DNA of 64,000 nucleotides from Spirochaetia bacterium (GTDB taxonomy: Bacteria > Spirochaetota > Spirochaetia > SZUA-6 > Bin103), in assembly GCA_965208575.1 (NCBI GenBank), contig CBDBOV010000005.1:800001-864000 (forward strand). The letters are read 5' to 3'. Positions 9,014 to 24,036 of this stretch are shown here, piece by piece. The translations under genes were made by a program, and so were the position numbers. The first letter of the stretch is position 1; the number at the start of each line of letters is the position of its first letter. The notes beneath the pieces were generated by a model that saw only the letters and a list, made by a program, of their open reading frames with translations, did not search any database and was not told where the DNA came from.

Positions 9014-10447
9014 TCACGCCGAAGCGTCGGCGGCCGCGAGGGTGGGGCGGCGGGAAGAGACTCCGAGGGCGGCCTCCCAGGCGGCGGCAAAGGCCAGCAG
9101 GTCGGCCTCGCCGCGGTAACGGCCGACGATCTGCGCGCCTACCGGCAGGCCCGCCGGTGTGAAGCCGCACGGCAGCGACAGCGCCGGGTGGGAGGTCATG
9201 GTGATCAGCGAACAGCTCTGCATCCAGTCGATGTAGGTGGCCATCGGCACGCCGTTCACGGAGCGCGGCCAGTCCACCTCGACCGGGAACGGCAGCACCT
9301 GGGACACCGGCAGGATCAGCACGTCGAACCGCTCCAGGAACGCGCTCATGCGCAGGAACTGCTCGGCGCGCAACTGGTGCGCACGGACCACCTGGGCCGT
9401 GGTCAAAGCCAGGCCGCGCTCGATGTTCCAGATCACGGTGTCCTTGAGCAGGTCGCGGTGGTCGCGCAGGGCGGCGCCGAGGTCGGCGGCGAAGCGAAGC
9501 GCGCGGATGGTGTCGAACGCCTCCGCGCCGCCGGACAGGTCGGGGTGCGCCGGTTCCACCCGGCAGCCGAGGTCGGCGAGCAGGGGCAGGGCGCGCTCGA
9601 TCACCTCGGTCACGGCGGGTTCCACCGGCAGCATGCCCAGGTCGCGGCTGTAGGCCACCCGGCAGCCCTTGAGGTCACGTGGAGCTACGTTGGCGAACGG
9701 AGCGCCAGGTTCGCAAATGGAGGTGGGATCGCGCCGATCGGGGCCGGCGATCACGCTCAACAGCAGGACGGCATCGGCCACGGTGCGTCCCATCGGTCCG
9801 GTCACGCTCAGCGTCTCCCACGGGTCACCCGCGGGTACCCGGGGTACGCGCCCCGGCGTGGTGCGCAGCCCCACCACGGAGTTGAAGTTGGGCGGGTTGC
9901 GGATGGAGCCGCCATAGTCGCTGCCGTCGGCGACGGCGACCATGCCGCTGGTCAGCGCCGCGGCGCCGCCGCCGCTGCTGCCGCCGGCCGACCGCGTCAG
10001 GTCGTACGGGTTGCGGGTGACCCCGAATACGGTGTTGAACGTGTGCGAGCCGGCGCCGAACTCGGGCACGTTGCTCTTGCCCACGATGACGGCGCCGGCG
10101 GCGCGCATGCGGGCCACCATCAGGTCGTCGCGTTCGGCGATGGCATCGCGGTAGATCGGCGAGCCGAGGGTGGTGGGCAGGCCGGCGACATCGACCAGGT
10201 CCTTGACCGCGACCGGCAGCCCGGCCAGCGGCCCCGGTTCGCTGCCCGCGGCCAGCGCCGCGTCGAGCTGCGCCGCCGCCACCGTGGCGCGCTCGCTGTC
10301 CAGGGTACAGATGGCGTTGATCCGCGGGTTGAGCCGCTCGATCTGCTCCAGGTGCGCCGCCAGCAGCTCGGCGGCGCTCACCTCGCGCGAACGCACCAGC
10401 GCCGCCAACTCGGTAGCGGGCCGCAGGCACAGATCCGCATCTCTCAA
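9014..10447 (-). CDS. Amidase signature family enzyme
   Basis: GLPVAVKD, GGSSGG, GSDYGGSIRNP (Lys-cisSer-Ser triad); TTG start inferred after GGAGG. Confidence 0.92.
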   Translation of the reverse strand: MRDADLCLRPATELAALVRSREVSAAELLAAHLEQIERLNPRINAICTLDSERATVAAAQLDAALAAGSEPGPLAGLPVAVKDLVDVAGLPTTLGSPIYRDAIAERDDLMVARMRAAGAVIVGKSNVPEFGAGSHTFNTVFGVTRNPYDLTRSAGGSSGGGAAALTSGMVAVADGSDYGGSIRNPPNFNSVVGLRTTPGRVPRVPAGDPWETLSVTGPMGRTVADAVLLLSVIAGPDRRDPTSICEPGAPFANVAPRDLKGCRVAYSRDLGMLPVEPAVTEVIERALPLLADLGCRVEPAHPDLSGGAEAFDTIRALRFAADLGAALRDHRDLLKDTVIWNIERGLALTTAQVVRAHQLRAEQFLRMSAFLERFDVLILPVSQVLPFPVEVDWPRSVNGVPMATYIDWMQSCSLITMTSHPALSLPCGFTPAGLPVGAQIVGRYRGEADLLAFAAAWEAALGVSSRRPTLAAADASA

Positions 10448-10896
10448 ACCGGGCCTCCCGTGATGTCCTACGGTCGTGCGAAGGCGACCAGCGCGGCGTC
10501 CGATCCGCTGCGGACAAGAGGGCGGCCAGCACAACAACGAGTCGCTTCATACAGACTGTTTTTTTCCCGGACAATGGTACCATGACTCTGCCGGAGCATG
10601 CGACGGGACCGTATCGAACGGAGGGAACACGCAGGAACTGTGGTTGGCAGTGATGGGGACAACTCAAGCGCTTTCCCGTGCCCGGAGTGTCCGGTCGATT
10701 CGGTCAGTTGGGACGACTCCCAGCCGTCTGTCAGGACATTCAAGTCGCTTGCCGCACGTGACCGTTGATCGTGGAATGGCTGTCGGTCTACTTTGCGTGC
10801 CAGGCGTACTTGATCTGGTCAAGATAAGGGGGGGCGCAGGTGGCGGCAGCGCCGCTCCTTACTCGATGGATGATGTCACCTGTCAAAGGAGCGGTT

Positions 10897-11757
10897 GTGA
10901 TCAGCCCTGAACAGATTCGGTTCTTTCATGAAAACGGCTATCTGCAGTGTGGCCGCATTCTCGACTTGCACCAGGTCGAAGAGATGCGCGCCGGGCTGGA
11001 GAGCGTCATCGCGCTGGAGGCTGCCGGCGGCGACGACAGCCATCACGAGTTTGGATTCGGCCACCGCCGCGGCGGCGAGGATTATCCCGCGGGCCGGGCC
11101 ATTACGCAGTTCGTCAACATGTGGAAGCGTGAGGCGATGTACGCGCGCGTCATGCACCACCCGGTGATATCGGGCATTGTGGGTGCGCTGCTCGACACTC
11201 CCCGGGTGCGGCTGTGGCACGATCAGATCATCTCCAAGCCGCCTGGCGACAACGGACACTTCGAGTTTCATCAGGACTTCTACCTGTGGCCGCTCGGCGA
11301 GCCTCGCCTGGTCAGTTGTTGGCTGGCGCTCGATGACGTTACGACGGTGAATGGCTGCATGCACGTGGTTCCGGCGAGCCACCGTGATCCCCGCTTCGGT
11401 CTGGATGCGTACGCCGCCGAGCGAGCGGCCCATGCAGCGGCGGAAGATCCTTATGCGCTGCCCGAGACGCCGCGGCAGGCGATGGCCCACGAACCGATCA
11501 CGGTTGGCACCCCGGTCGAGCTCAAGGCGGGGGAGTGCATGTTTCACCACTGTCTCAACTTTCACGCCACGCCCCCCAACACCACGCCCCGCCAACGGCG
11601 CGCCCACGTCATGATCTACATGGCCGACGGCGTGCGCGTAAAGCTCGCGCAAGCGCCCGACCATCCCTTGATCCCAGGATTCGAGGTCGAGGATGGGCAC
11701 CCTCTGGCCGGTCGCGGATTCCCGGTGATCGAGCCCGAATTGTGGGACCAGGGGTAG
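10897..11757 (+). CDS. Phytanoyl-CoA dioxygenase family Fe(II)/2-oxoglutarate oxygenase
   Basis: FHENGY, FHQDFYLW (HxD), NGCMHVVPASH, FHHCLNFHAT, RR; AAGGAG before GTG. Confidence 0.88.
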   Translation: MISPEQIRFFHENGYLQCGRILDLHQVEEMRAGLESVIALEAAGGDDSHHEFGFGHRRGGEDYPAGRAITQFVNMWKREAMYARVMHHPVISGIVGALLDTPRVRLWHDQIISKPPGDNGHFEFHQDFYLWPLGEPRLVSCWLALDDVTTVNGCMHVVPASHRDPRFGLDAYAAERAAHAAAEDPYALPETPRQAMAHEPITVGTPVELKAGECMFHHCLNFHATPPNTTPRQRRAHVMIYMADGVRVKLAQAPDHPLIPGFEVEDGHPLAGRGFPVIEPELWDQG

Positions 11758-11877
11758 CGCGACACTGAGTGGGCCGCGCGGGCCCGGCTCCGCGGCGGGC
11801 GGGACGGCTGCCGGAGTAGTGGGCGAGCGGCCGCGATTGACAAGGCGGCGGGCGGCTCCCTACCGTGGGGCCGCAAC

Positions 11878-12534
11878 ATGCCCACACTGAGATTCGCCGA
11901 AGAGATACTCCTGCTGCTGCTCGACGACCGGAGCGGGCGCTTCGCTCACGTCATCGAGTCGTCGCTGCGCTGCGCCATCGCGGGGGCGGTGCTGATGGAC
12001 CTGGCGCTGGAGAACCGCATCGACACCGATCCGAAGCAGCTCGTCCTGGTCGACGCGGCGCCGGTCGGGGACGACCTGCTCGATCCGACGCTGGCCGACA
12101 TCGTGCGGGCGCCGGAGACCCGCGACGCGCGCTACTGGGTGAACCGGATCGCCGGCGATGCCGACCGCATCCGGGAAGCCGCACTGCGGCGCCTCGTCGA
12201 GCGCGGCATTCTGCAGCGCGAGGAGGACCGCTTCCTGTGGGTGTTCCGCGCGCGGCGCTACCCGGTGATCGATGGCGAGGCGGAACGCGAGGTCAAGCTG
12301 CGCATCATGGAGGTGCTGTTCAGCGACGTGATTCCCGCCCCGCGCGACGTGGTGATCATCGGTCTCGCGGACTCCTGCGGCCTGTTCGGCGTGCTGCTGT
12401 CGCGACGCGAGCTGCAACGGGTGGCGGATCGCATCGAGCAGGTGCGCAAGCTCGACCTGATCGGGCAGGCGGTCATTCAAACCGTGGCGGAAATCGACAT
12501 GGCCATCTCCGGCGCCATGCGCACCATCATATAG
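11878..12534 (+). CDS. GPP34/GOLPH3 family protein
   Basis: LRFAEEILLLLLDD, AIAGAVLMDLAL..RI, LVERGIL, RRYP; TTGACA-18 bp-TACCGT upstream. Confidence 0.82.
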   Translation: MPTLRFAEEILLLLLDDRSGRFAHVIESSLRCAIAGAVLMDLALENRIDTDPKQLVLVDAAPVGDDLLDPTLADIVRAPETRDARYWVNRIAGDADRIREAALRRLVERGILQREEDRFLWVFRARRYPVIDGEAEREVKLRIMEVLFSDVIPAPRDVVIIGLADSCGLFGVLLSRRELQRVADRIEQVRKLDLIGQAVIQTVAEIDMAISGAMRTII

Positions 12535-12538
12535 CGCC

Positions 12539-12569
12539 CCGGAAGCGCCGCCAGCGGCGGTGCTTCCGG
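12539..12569. terminator. Hairpin between convergent genes
   Basis: ccggaagcgccgcc-agc-ggcggtgcttccgg, 14-bp stem; no clear U tract. Confidence 0.5.
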
Positions 12570-12622
12570 CCCAACCGGCCTGCCCACGGACCTGCCGGAA
12601 TCCGACAGGTTCCCCGGCTCGT

Positions 12623-13252
12623 TCAGCGCGCGGCGTCCTCGGGGCGGCGGCCGGGAATGAGCGCGGCTACCGCCAACTCCAGGTCGGGAAGGGCGGAGGG
12701 GGCTACCGTCTCGCCCGCGACATGGCGCCGCATGGTTCGATAGCTGCCGGCCTCCAGGTTCGAGTACGCCTCGATCCGGTCCGCTTCCAGGTCGACTATC
12801 CACACTTCACGGATGCCGCTGAGGGCGTAGAACGGCACCTTGGTGTGGCGGTCGTAGTCGAGCGAGGACGCCGCCACCTCCACCAGCAACAGCACATCGG
12901 ATGGGCTCGGATGGTCGAAGTCGTAGTAGTCGTCCCGGTGTGCCAGCAGCATCAGGTCGGGCTGCGGTTCGGAGTAGGTGTCCGCGGCAACCGGGTTCTG
13001 CACCTGCACCATTGCCCGCCCGGCGAGACGTTCCGTGTTGAAAGTGGCGTTGAGGCGGAGGACGCACGCGGCGTGCCGGTTCCCGATGGCGGCCATGACG
13101 ATGATTTCCCCCCCGATCAACTCGACGCGCTCATCCTCGCCGAGGATGCCGGCGCGGCCCATCGCCTGGTACTCCTCCCGGGTAAACAGTCTCCGTGTTG
13201 CTGCCGACGCCGCACGCGGCGTGGTTTGTCTGGCCGGCCGGGTCGCGATCAT
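12623..13252 (-). CDS. Uma2 family endonuclease
   Basis: RVELIGGEII, SEPQPD, LLVEVAASSL.YDR..K...YA..GIREVWIVD. Confidence 0.9.
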   Translation of the reverse strand: MIATRPARQTTPRAASAATRRLFTREEYQAMGRAGILGEDERVELIGGEIIVMAAIGNRHAACVLRLNATFNTERLAGRAMVQVQNPVAADTYSEPQPDLMLLAHRDDYYDFDHPSPSDVLLLVEVAASSLDYDRHTKVPFYALSGIREVWIVDLEADRIEAYSNLEAGSYRTMRRHVAGETVAPSALPDLELAVAALIPGRRPEDAAR

Positions 13253-13308
13253 GGCCTCATTCCAACATGGTTTCCGGGTCGGAGTAAAGGCGCGGAACCG
13301 AATGAAGG

Positions 13309-15149
13309 TCAGAAGACACTGCTCTGGCTTCGCTGCGGCCTTCCGCCGGGGGCGGCCTGGATGTAGTCCAGGCTCTGGTGGCGGAAGTAGGCGTTGTACA
13401 GCTCGGCGTAGTGGCCGCCGGCCTGCAGCAGCCGGTCGTGGGTGCCCTGTTCGATGATCTCGCCCGAGCGCAGCACGACGATGCGGTCGGCGCGCTTGAT
13501 GGTGGACAGGCGGTGGGCGATGACGATGGCGGTGCGCTCGCGCAGCAGTTCGTCCATGCCCTCCTGCACCAGCGCCTCGGTGAGGGGATCGATGCTGGCG
13601 GTGGCCTCGTCGAGTATCAGCACGGACGGGTTCTGCAGCAGGACGCGGCTCAGGGCGATGAGCTGGCGCTGCCCGAGCGACAGGTTGCGTCCGCGCTCGG
13701 TCACCTCGGTGGCGAGGCCGTCCGGCAGGGTGCCGATCCAGTCGCCGCCGCCCACCCGCGCCGCGGTGGTCGCCACGGTGGCGTCGTCGGCGTCGGCGCG
13801 GCCGTAGCGGATGTTGTCGAGCACGCTGCCGTTGAACAGAAACGGCACCTGGGTCACGAAGCCGAGGTGGGTGCGGTAGGCGGCCAGGTCCAGGCCGCGG
13901 ATGTCGCGCCCGTCGACCAGGATCTGGCCGCCCTGAAACTCGTAGAAGCGGGCCACCAGCTTGGTGATGCTCGACTTGCCGGAGCCGGTGTGCCCCACCA
14001 GCGCGAGGGTTTCGCCGGGGTGGACGGTGAGCGAGAAGTCGTCGAACACCTCTTCACCTTCCTTGTAGTGGAAGCGCACGTTGCGCAGCTTGATGTGCCC
14101 GGCCACGGCGGGTACCGGCTCGGAGCCGGTCTGCACCACCTGCGGCTCGGTGTCGATGAGGGCGAACACCCGCTCCCCGGCGGCCAGGCCGAGCTGGAAC
14201 TGGCTCCAGAACGCGGCGATCATGGCGAGCCGGAACCACAACAGGCGGACGGTCAGCAGGTACAGGTACCACTCGCCGATGGTCACGCCGCCGAACTCGG
14301 CGCGCATCCCGCCGGCGTACACCAGCGCCGCGGAGCCGAGCCCGGCGACGGTGCCCAGCACCGGCGTGAAGCTGGCAAACACCACGTCGTGGCGCCAGCC
14401 GAGGCGGAACGAGCGCTGATTCACCGGCGCGAACTGGTCGTAGAGAAGTTGTTCCTTGCGGAACGACTTGGCGACCGCGATCCCGCTCATCGTCTCGTGC
14501 ACGTGACCGCTGACGTCGGCCACCGAACGGCGCGACCCGGTGACCACGCGGCGGGAGAGACGCCTGAAACCGAGCGACACGGCGAACATCGCGGGTACCA
14601 GGAGGAGTGCGATCAGCGTCAGCGGCACGTCTATGGTGAACAGGTAGGCGAAGATCAGTACGGTCAGGACGATCTCGCTCAGCACGCCGATGGTCATGGT
14701 CACGACCTCGGAGAACGCCTGGGTGTCGGACAGCACCCGGCTCACGATGCCGCCGGTCGGGTAGCGGTCGAAGAACGACAGGTCGTGGCCGAGCACCGCG
14801 TCGAAGGCGGCGCGGCGCAGGCGCAGAACCACGTTGCTCACGGCGCGCGCGGCCACTGTCCGGTCCAAGGCGCTGAATCCCCAGTCCGACAGGCTCAGCA
14901 GCAGGATACCCGCAACGGCCACGGCCACCGCCACGAGGGAGAACCCGGCGGTCGCCACGTGGTCGATGGTGCGCGACAACACGATCGGCAGTGCCGCACC
15001 GACCAGCGATGTGGCCACGATCGCCGCCGACACCACGAGCATGGCGCGCCGCTCGGCGCGGAAGTAGCCGAGGATGCGGCGCACCAGCTCGCGGTCGCGG
15101 TAGCGGCGGTCGTATCCCTCGGCGGACAGGCCGTCATAGGGGGAGCGCA

Positions 15150-15150
<1 letters not shown>
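13309..15150 (-). CDS. ABC exporter, fused permease/ATPase
   Basis: TM region, GHTGSGKS, LSLGQRQ, ILDEAT, IAHRLST. Confidence 0.93.
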
Positions 15151-17006
<1,856 letters not shown>

Positions 17007-17170
17007 GCGGCTACCTGACTTCAGCGGCGACGATGCCGATGCAGAACGGTAGGGTAAGGGTACTCAAGGCCGAGATATACGGCGGCCCGGAAGCGTAGTC
17101 AAGCGGGTAAAACCCGGCAATCCCCCGGCACTAGCGTTGACGGGAGAGGCGCCAGAAAGCGGGCGGCGTC

Positions 17171-18169
17171 CTAAACGGCTGCTCTGCGTCCGCGCGCGGT
17201 CAGGCGGTAAGCCTGGTTCTTCGCAGTAGGCGACTCGGGACGGGTCATCTCCACCAGTCCCAGGGCCAGCGCCGGGCGCAGGTAGTTGGCGCGGAGCGTG
17301 GGGCGGTGGGACAGTCCCAGTCTGGCCAGCAATTGGGCGGCGGTGTGCGGACCGTCTCGCAGCAGGTTGAGCAGCCGCTCTACTTGATCGGTTACCTGGA
17401 GGTCTACTTGATCGCCCAAGACGGCCGGCGCAAGCGCGGCGCGAATCATCTGCAACATGAAAGTGATGAATGGCGTGCTTTCGCCGGCGGCCGAACTGGC
17501 TCGGATTGCGCCGTAGTAGGCGCTCTGATGAGCGTGGACCAGGCTCTCCACCGGCAGGTGCGCGAACAGCGGCTGCCAGCGGGTCAGGATCAAGGTTTGC
17601 CACAGCCGCCCCAGGCGACCGTTGCCATCTTCGAACGGGTGAATGAACTCGAACTCGTAGTGGAACACGGAGCTGACGATCAGCGGGTGGTCCGCGGTGC
17701 TCCGCATCCAATGCAGCAGCGCCGCCATCAACTCGGGTACGCGTCCAGCAGGCGGCGCAACGTGGTGGACGACTCCCGCTCCTCCTACCGCTACTCCGCC
17801 GCAACGATAGCGGCCGGGGTCGTCCAGCAGTCCCGCCATCAGTACGCCGTGCGCGCTGAGCAGGTCGCCCTCGCTCTCCGGCGCCCACGACTCGTAGCGG
17901 TCGTATGCCTTGATTGCATTCCGCGCTTCCTGAATCTCGCGCGGCGATCCGACGACCGGTTTGCCGTCAAGCAGCGCAGCGACCTGTTCTTCGCTCAGGG
18001 TATTGCCCTCGATTGCCAAGGAGCCGCGGATCGAGCGGATGCGGCTGATGCGCCGCAGCCGCAAGTCCCGAGCTATCCCCAGAGCCTCCGCCCGGCCAAG
18101 GCCTTCGCCGACCTGCTCCACCAACGACAGGATCTCGGGCGTAATCCGGTAGGGTGGTGCTTCGCTCAT
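17171..18169 (-). CDS. Fic family protein with C-terminal wHTH
   Basis: SLAIEGN inhibitory motif, HPFEDGNGRLGR Fic motif, KNQAYRLTARG. Confidence 0.92.
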   Translation of the reverse strand: MSEAPPYRITPEILSLVEQVGEGLGRAEALGIARDLRLRRISRIRSIRGSLAIEGNTLSEEQVAALLDGKPVVGSPREIQEARNAIKAYDRYESWAPESEGDLLSAHGVLMAGLLDDPGRYRCGGVAVGGAGVVHHVAPPAGRVPELMAALLHWMRSTADHPLIVSSVFHYEFEFIHPFEDGNGRLGRLWQTLILTRWQPLFAHLPVESLVHAHQSAYYGAIRASSAAGESTPFITFMLQMIRAALAPAVLGDQVDLQVTDQVERLLNLLRDGPHTAAQLLARLGLSHRPTLRANYLRPALALGLVEMTRPESPTAKNQAYRLTARGRRAAV

Positions 18170-18279
18170 GTCAGGTCGCGCGGGCCGCTGCGCGCGGCTC
18201 GCACATTGGAATGTTCCATTGCGCCGGACACACTGGCAAGTGCGGGGCAGTAGCGGAGCGCAAGAAAAATGCCAGCCCC

Positions 18280-18410
18280 CTGACCTAATCTTCAGAATCC
18301 GCGAGGGCATTAGCTGGCACGACAAGGCAGCGATGAACGGGCGCGACCTCGTTGCCAAGGATATCGTGTTCAACTGGCACCGGATGACTGGCATGGGTAG
18401 CGGCTTGTCG
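18280..18410 (+). pseudogene. Fragment of a family-5 ABC solute-binding protein
   Basis: IFRIREGISWHDKAAMNGRDLVAKDIVFNWHRMTGMGSG resembles IFHIRSGVHWHDKAPMNGRELTAGDVEFNYHRILGLGSG in 55723-57531. Confidence 0.75.
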
Positions 18411-18511
18411 GCGAACATGCGGGACACGTGACTGCGGCGTGGCCGGGCCGGGCGTCACTTGTGGCTCGTGCGTGTGTATCTTGGTGCATGCGGGGAGGCA
18501 CCGGGCACGGC

Positions 18512-20614
18512 ATGCCGGCGTTGCGCTTTGACGCGGATCTGGATCCGGATGGCCGCTACGCGCGCGACACGGTGGTGGTGAGCCCGGGCGAGGTGCGCGT
18601 CCTGGATAGCGGTGGGCGGGCGCGGGTAACGCTGCCGCGCGCCCGCGTGACCGGCTTCGAGGTGGAGTCGTACGTGTCGAGCGGCGCGTTGTTTGCGCGC
18701 GTGGACGGCGCGGCCCGCGAGCTGGTCCGCTTCACCAACGGACGGATACCGGCGGCCGCGGTGTTCGTCCGCGCTCTGCGCGACGGCGCTGCGCCGCCAT
18801 CGGAGGCGGCCGCGGAGGGTGGGGCGCCGGAGGCCGGCGACACGGGGCACGAGTTTACGCGCTGGTCAGTGTTCCGGCGCACGATGCGGTTCGCGCCGCG
18901 CGCGCCGTTCAAGGTGATGCTTGTGGTGGTCGCGCTGCTGCTGCATACCGCCGCCAACGTCGCCGCGCCCTATCTCGCCGGCACCGTGTTCTTCGATCGC
19001 GTCCTGCACCCCACCGACACGCTGTTCGGTCAGGTCGGGCTGCTGGTGGCGATGATCGCCCTGGTGCGGCTGGTCGAGCTGTGGTTCCGCATCGTGTGGG
19101 CGTGGATCTGGGGCTTGTACCATCATCGCACCGGACTGGGGCTGCGCTCGGCCGTGTTCGCCGGTGTGCACCGGCTGTCGCTGGGCTTCTTTTCCAACAA
19201 CCTCACCGGGGCGCTGCTCAACCGCATGAACAGGGACATGAACGGGGTGGGCTCGCTGCTCGGTACCAGCGCGCCGGACGGCTTCGTGCAGGCGGTGATG
19301 ATCGCCGGCAGTCTGACCGTGATGGCGGTACTCGACCTGCGGCTGGCCGGTCTGGCGTTCGCCGCGCTGCCGCTGTACGTGTGGATCGTGCACCGGGTCG
19401 AACCCGCCCTGGGTCCCGGAGTCAGCCGCGGCTACCGCGCCGAGTGGGAGGTGGCGGCGGCGGCGGACGACTCGTTCATGGGTGCCCGCGTGGTGCGCGC
19501 GTTCGGCGGCGAGGCGCAGGAGCGGGAGCGGTTCCGGCGCACCAACGAGTGGGCGGCGAGCGAGGAGTACCAGCGCATGGCCCTGACCGGCACGGTGTTC
19601 CCGCTCGGCGAGCTGCTGCTCCAGGTCGGCCTGCTGCTGGTGTGGGCGGCGGGGGCGTGGTGGGTGATCGGCGGCACGGTACCGTTCGGCGTCCTGATGA
19701 GCTTCGTGGGATACCTCACGCTGATGTGGGAGCAGCTCGGCAGCGCCGGCGCCGTGATCGGCGACTGGATCTACGCCACCAGCGGCATGCACCGCATGGT
19801 CCGCATCCTCGGCGCCCGCCCGACGGTGGTGGAACCGCCCGCCGCCCCCGCCCGCACGCTGCGCGGACACGTGCGCCTGCAGCGGGTGACGTTCAGCTAC
19901 GAGCCCAACAAGCCGGTGCTGCACGCCGTCGATCTGCACGCCGCGGCCGGCGAGATGGTGGGGCTGGTGGGTCACACCGGGGCCGGCAAGTCGACCATCG
20001 TCAACCTGATCACCCGGCTGTACGACGTCGACGAAGGTGCGGTACTGCTCGACGGCACCGACGTGCGCCGCATCGCGACCGCCGACCTGCGCCGCCAGAT
20101 CGGGATCGTGCTGCAGGATCCCTACCTGTTCGCCGCTTCGGTGGCCGACAACATCCGCTACGCGGTACCCGACGCGGACGGCGCCGCGGTGATCGCCGCG
20201 GCCGAGGCAGCGCATGCGCACGACTTCATCGTGCGGCTGCCGGAGGGCTACGACACCATCATCGGACAGGGCGGCCACGGCCTGTCGGGCGGCGAGCAGC
20301 AGCGGCTGGCGATCGCCCGCGCCGTGCTGCTGGATCCGCCGGTGCTGATCCTGGACGAGGCCACCTCGTCGGTGGACACGGAGACCGAGCTGCACATTCA
20401 GCGGGCGCTCGCGCGCCTGGTCAGCGGCCGCACGACGATCGCCATCGCCCACCGGCTGTCGACGCTGCGGCAGGCAGACCGGCTGTACGTAGTGGATCAC
20501 GGACGCATCGTGGAGCAGGGCAGCCACGACGAACTCATGGCAGCGGGCGGCACGTACCACCGGCTGGTGCAGACCCAGTTGCGCGCCCTGCACGCCATCG
20601 CCATCGGCGAGTAG
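18512..20614 (+). CDS. ABC exporter with extra N-terminal beta domain
   Basis: GHTGAGKS, LSGGEQQ, LDEAT; about 100-aa N-terminal domain before the TMs; start approximate. Confidence 0.9.
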   Translation: MPALRFDADLDPDGRYARDTVVVSPGEVRVLDSGGRARVTLPRARVTGFEVESYVSSGALFARVDGAARELVRFTNGRIPAAAVFVRALRDGAAPPSEAAAEGGAPEAGDTGHEFTRWSVFRRTMRFAPRAPFKVMLVVVALLLHTAANVAAPYLAGTVFFDRVLHPTDTLFGQVGLLVAMIALVRLVELWFRIVWAWIWGLYHHRTGLGLRSAVFAGVHRLSLGFFSNNLTGALLNRMNRDMNGVGSLLGTSAPDGFVQAVMIAGSLTVMAVLDLRLAGLAFAALPLYVWIVHRVEPALGPGVSRGYRAEWEVAAAADDSFMGARVVRAFGGEAQERERFRRTNEWAASEEYQRMALTGTVFPLGELLLQVGLLLVWAAGAWWVIGGTVPFGVLMSFVGYLTLMWEQLGSAGAVIGDWIYATSGMHRMVRILGARPTVVEPPAAPARTLRGHVRLQRVTFSYEPNKPVLHAVDLHAAAGEMVGLVGHTGAGKSTIVNLITRLYDVDEGAVLLDGTDVRRIATADLRRQIGIVLQDPYLFAASVADNIRYAVPDADGAAVIAAAEAAHAHDFIVRLPEGYDTIIGQGGHGLSGGEQQRLAIARAVLLDPPVLILDEATSSVDTETELHIQRALARLVSGRTTIAIAHRLSTLRQADRLYVVDHGRIVEQGSHDELMAAGGTYHRLVQTQLRALHAIAIGE

Positions 20615-20624
20615 GGGGTACGCA

Positions 20625-21130
20625 ATGCGGTTTCTGGAACCTGACCAACTGCGGCTCACGCGCACCGCGGGCGGCGTGCTCAGCCTCGCCGTAGCCGGCG
20701 GCACGCACGACGAGCACCACCGGCACGACGAGCACTACGAGCACGTCGACGCCTACCGCGTGTTCCCGCTCAGCGACGGCGCACGCTGGATCTCGCTGCG
20801 CGTGCACGGCGGCGCCGAGATTGGCGTCGTGCGCCGCCCGGACCAGCTCCCCGAGGAGCAGCGGCGGCTACTGGAAGAGGAGTTGGAGCGGCGCTACTTC
20901 GCGCCGCGGATCCTGACCATCGAGTCGCTGGTGGAGAAGTTCGGCGAGTCGCATTGGCGCGTCGTGACCAGCGCCGGGCCGGTCCGGTTTCGGGTGCGCA
21001 GCGACCACACGCAGATCCGCGAGATAGCCGGCGGCGTGCTGCTGATCAGCGACGTGGACGGCAATCGCTACCTGCTGGAGCATCGCGAGCGCCTGCCACG
21101 CCAGATCCTGAAGCGGATCGAGGAGCAGAT

Positions 21131-21134
<4 letters not shown>
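20625..21134 (+). CDS. DUF1854 domain-containing protein
   Basis: RVFPLSD..WISL, EIG, LEEELERRYFAPRI, W.V.T..G, LISDVDGNRY; lies between two ABC exporters. Confidence 0.82.
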
Positions 21135-23428
<2,294 letters not shown>

Positions 23429-23565
23429 GCGCCCCCGGCATGGTCAGCCAGTAGTCGATCGCCGAGGACGACCGCTGGCTGCCGGACCCCAATTTGCGCG
23501 AGTGGTGTGCGAGGCTTCTCCGCGGGCAGCGTTCACAAGTGGCGTATCTGGTATGGGCAGGGTTA

Positions 23566-24036
23566 TCAACGCCGGCTCTTGAACAGGACGTGAGCAGCAA
23601 ATGCGCGCCGGTATTGAATGGGTGCGACTTCAAACCCCTGGATGGCAACCCGAGCCTCAGCGATGCGCGCAACGACGTCGGATTTGAAACCTGCCCAATG
23701 CGGGTCATAGTCTGCCTCGTGACGCTCATCTTGGAGATTGACGAACAACTGCGCGAAGGCACGTATCGCCGTCGGGAATGAGCTCATCTCTCGTCTCTGC
23801 CTGCACGCTTCTCTCGTCCTGCGGTGGTCGAGCGCACGGTACGCGCGCCGCCATGGGGCCGTGCTCCTCACTGCAGTGCTGCTACCGACGATTGCATCCG
23901 CACAACACTTCGCCAAGCAATGAAAGAGCGAGTAGTAGACGGTGCTCGTCGCGCGGCGAAGATCGGATTCGAGGGGCCGTCCGCGCCCGCCGGCCAACTG
24001 CTTCTCAGCCGACGTCAGGAAGTCAGACGCCTTCAG
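23566..24036 (-). CDS. HEPN-domain protein, putative toxin
   Basis: DLRRATSTVYYSLFH and LQDERHEADY motifs; apparent CTG start after AGGGGA, overlapping the upstream gene. Confidence 0.68.
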   Translation of the reverse strand: MKASDFLTSAEKQLAGGRGRPLESDLRRATSTVYYSLFHCLAKCCADAIVGSSTAVRSTAPWRRAYRALDHRRTREACRQRREMSSFPTAIRAFAQLFVNLQDERHEADYDPHWAGFKSDVVARIAEARVAIQGFEVAPIQYRRAFAAHVLFKSRR

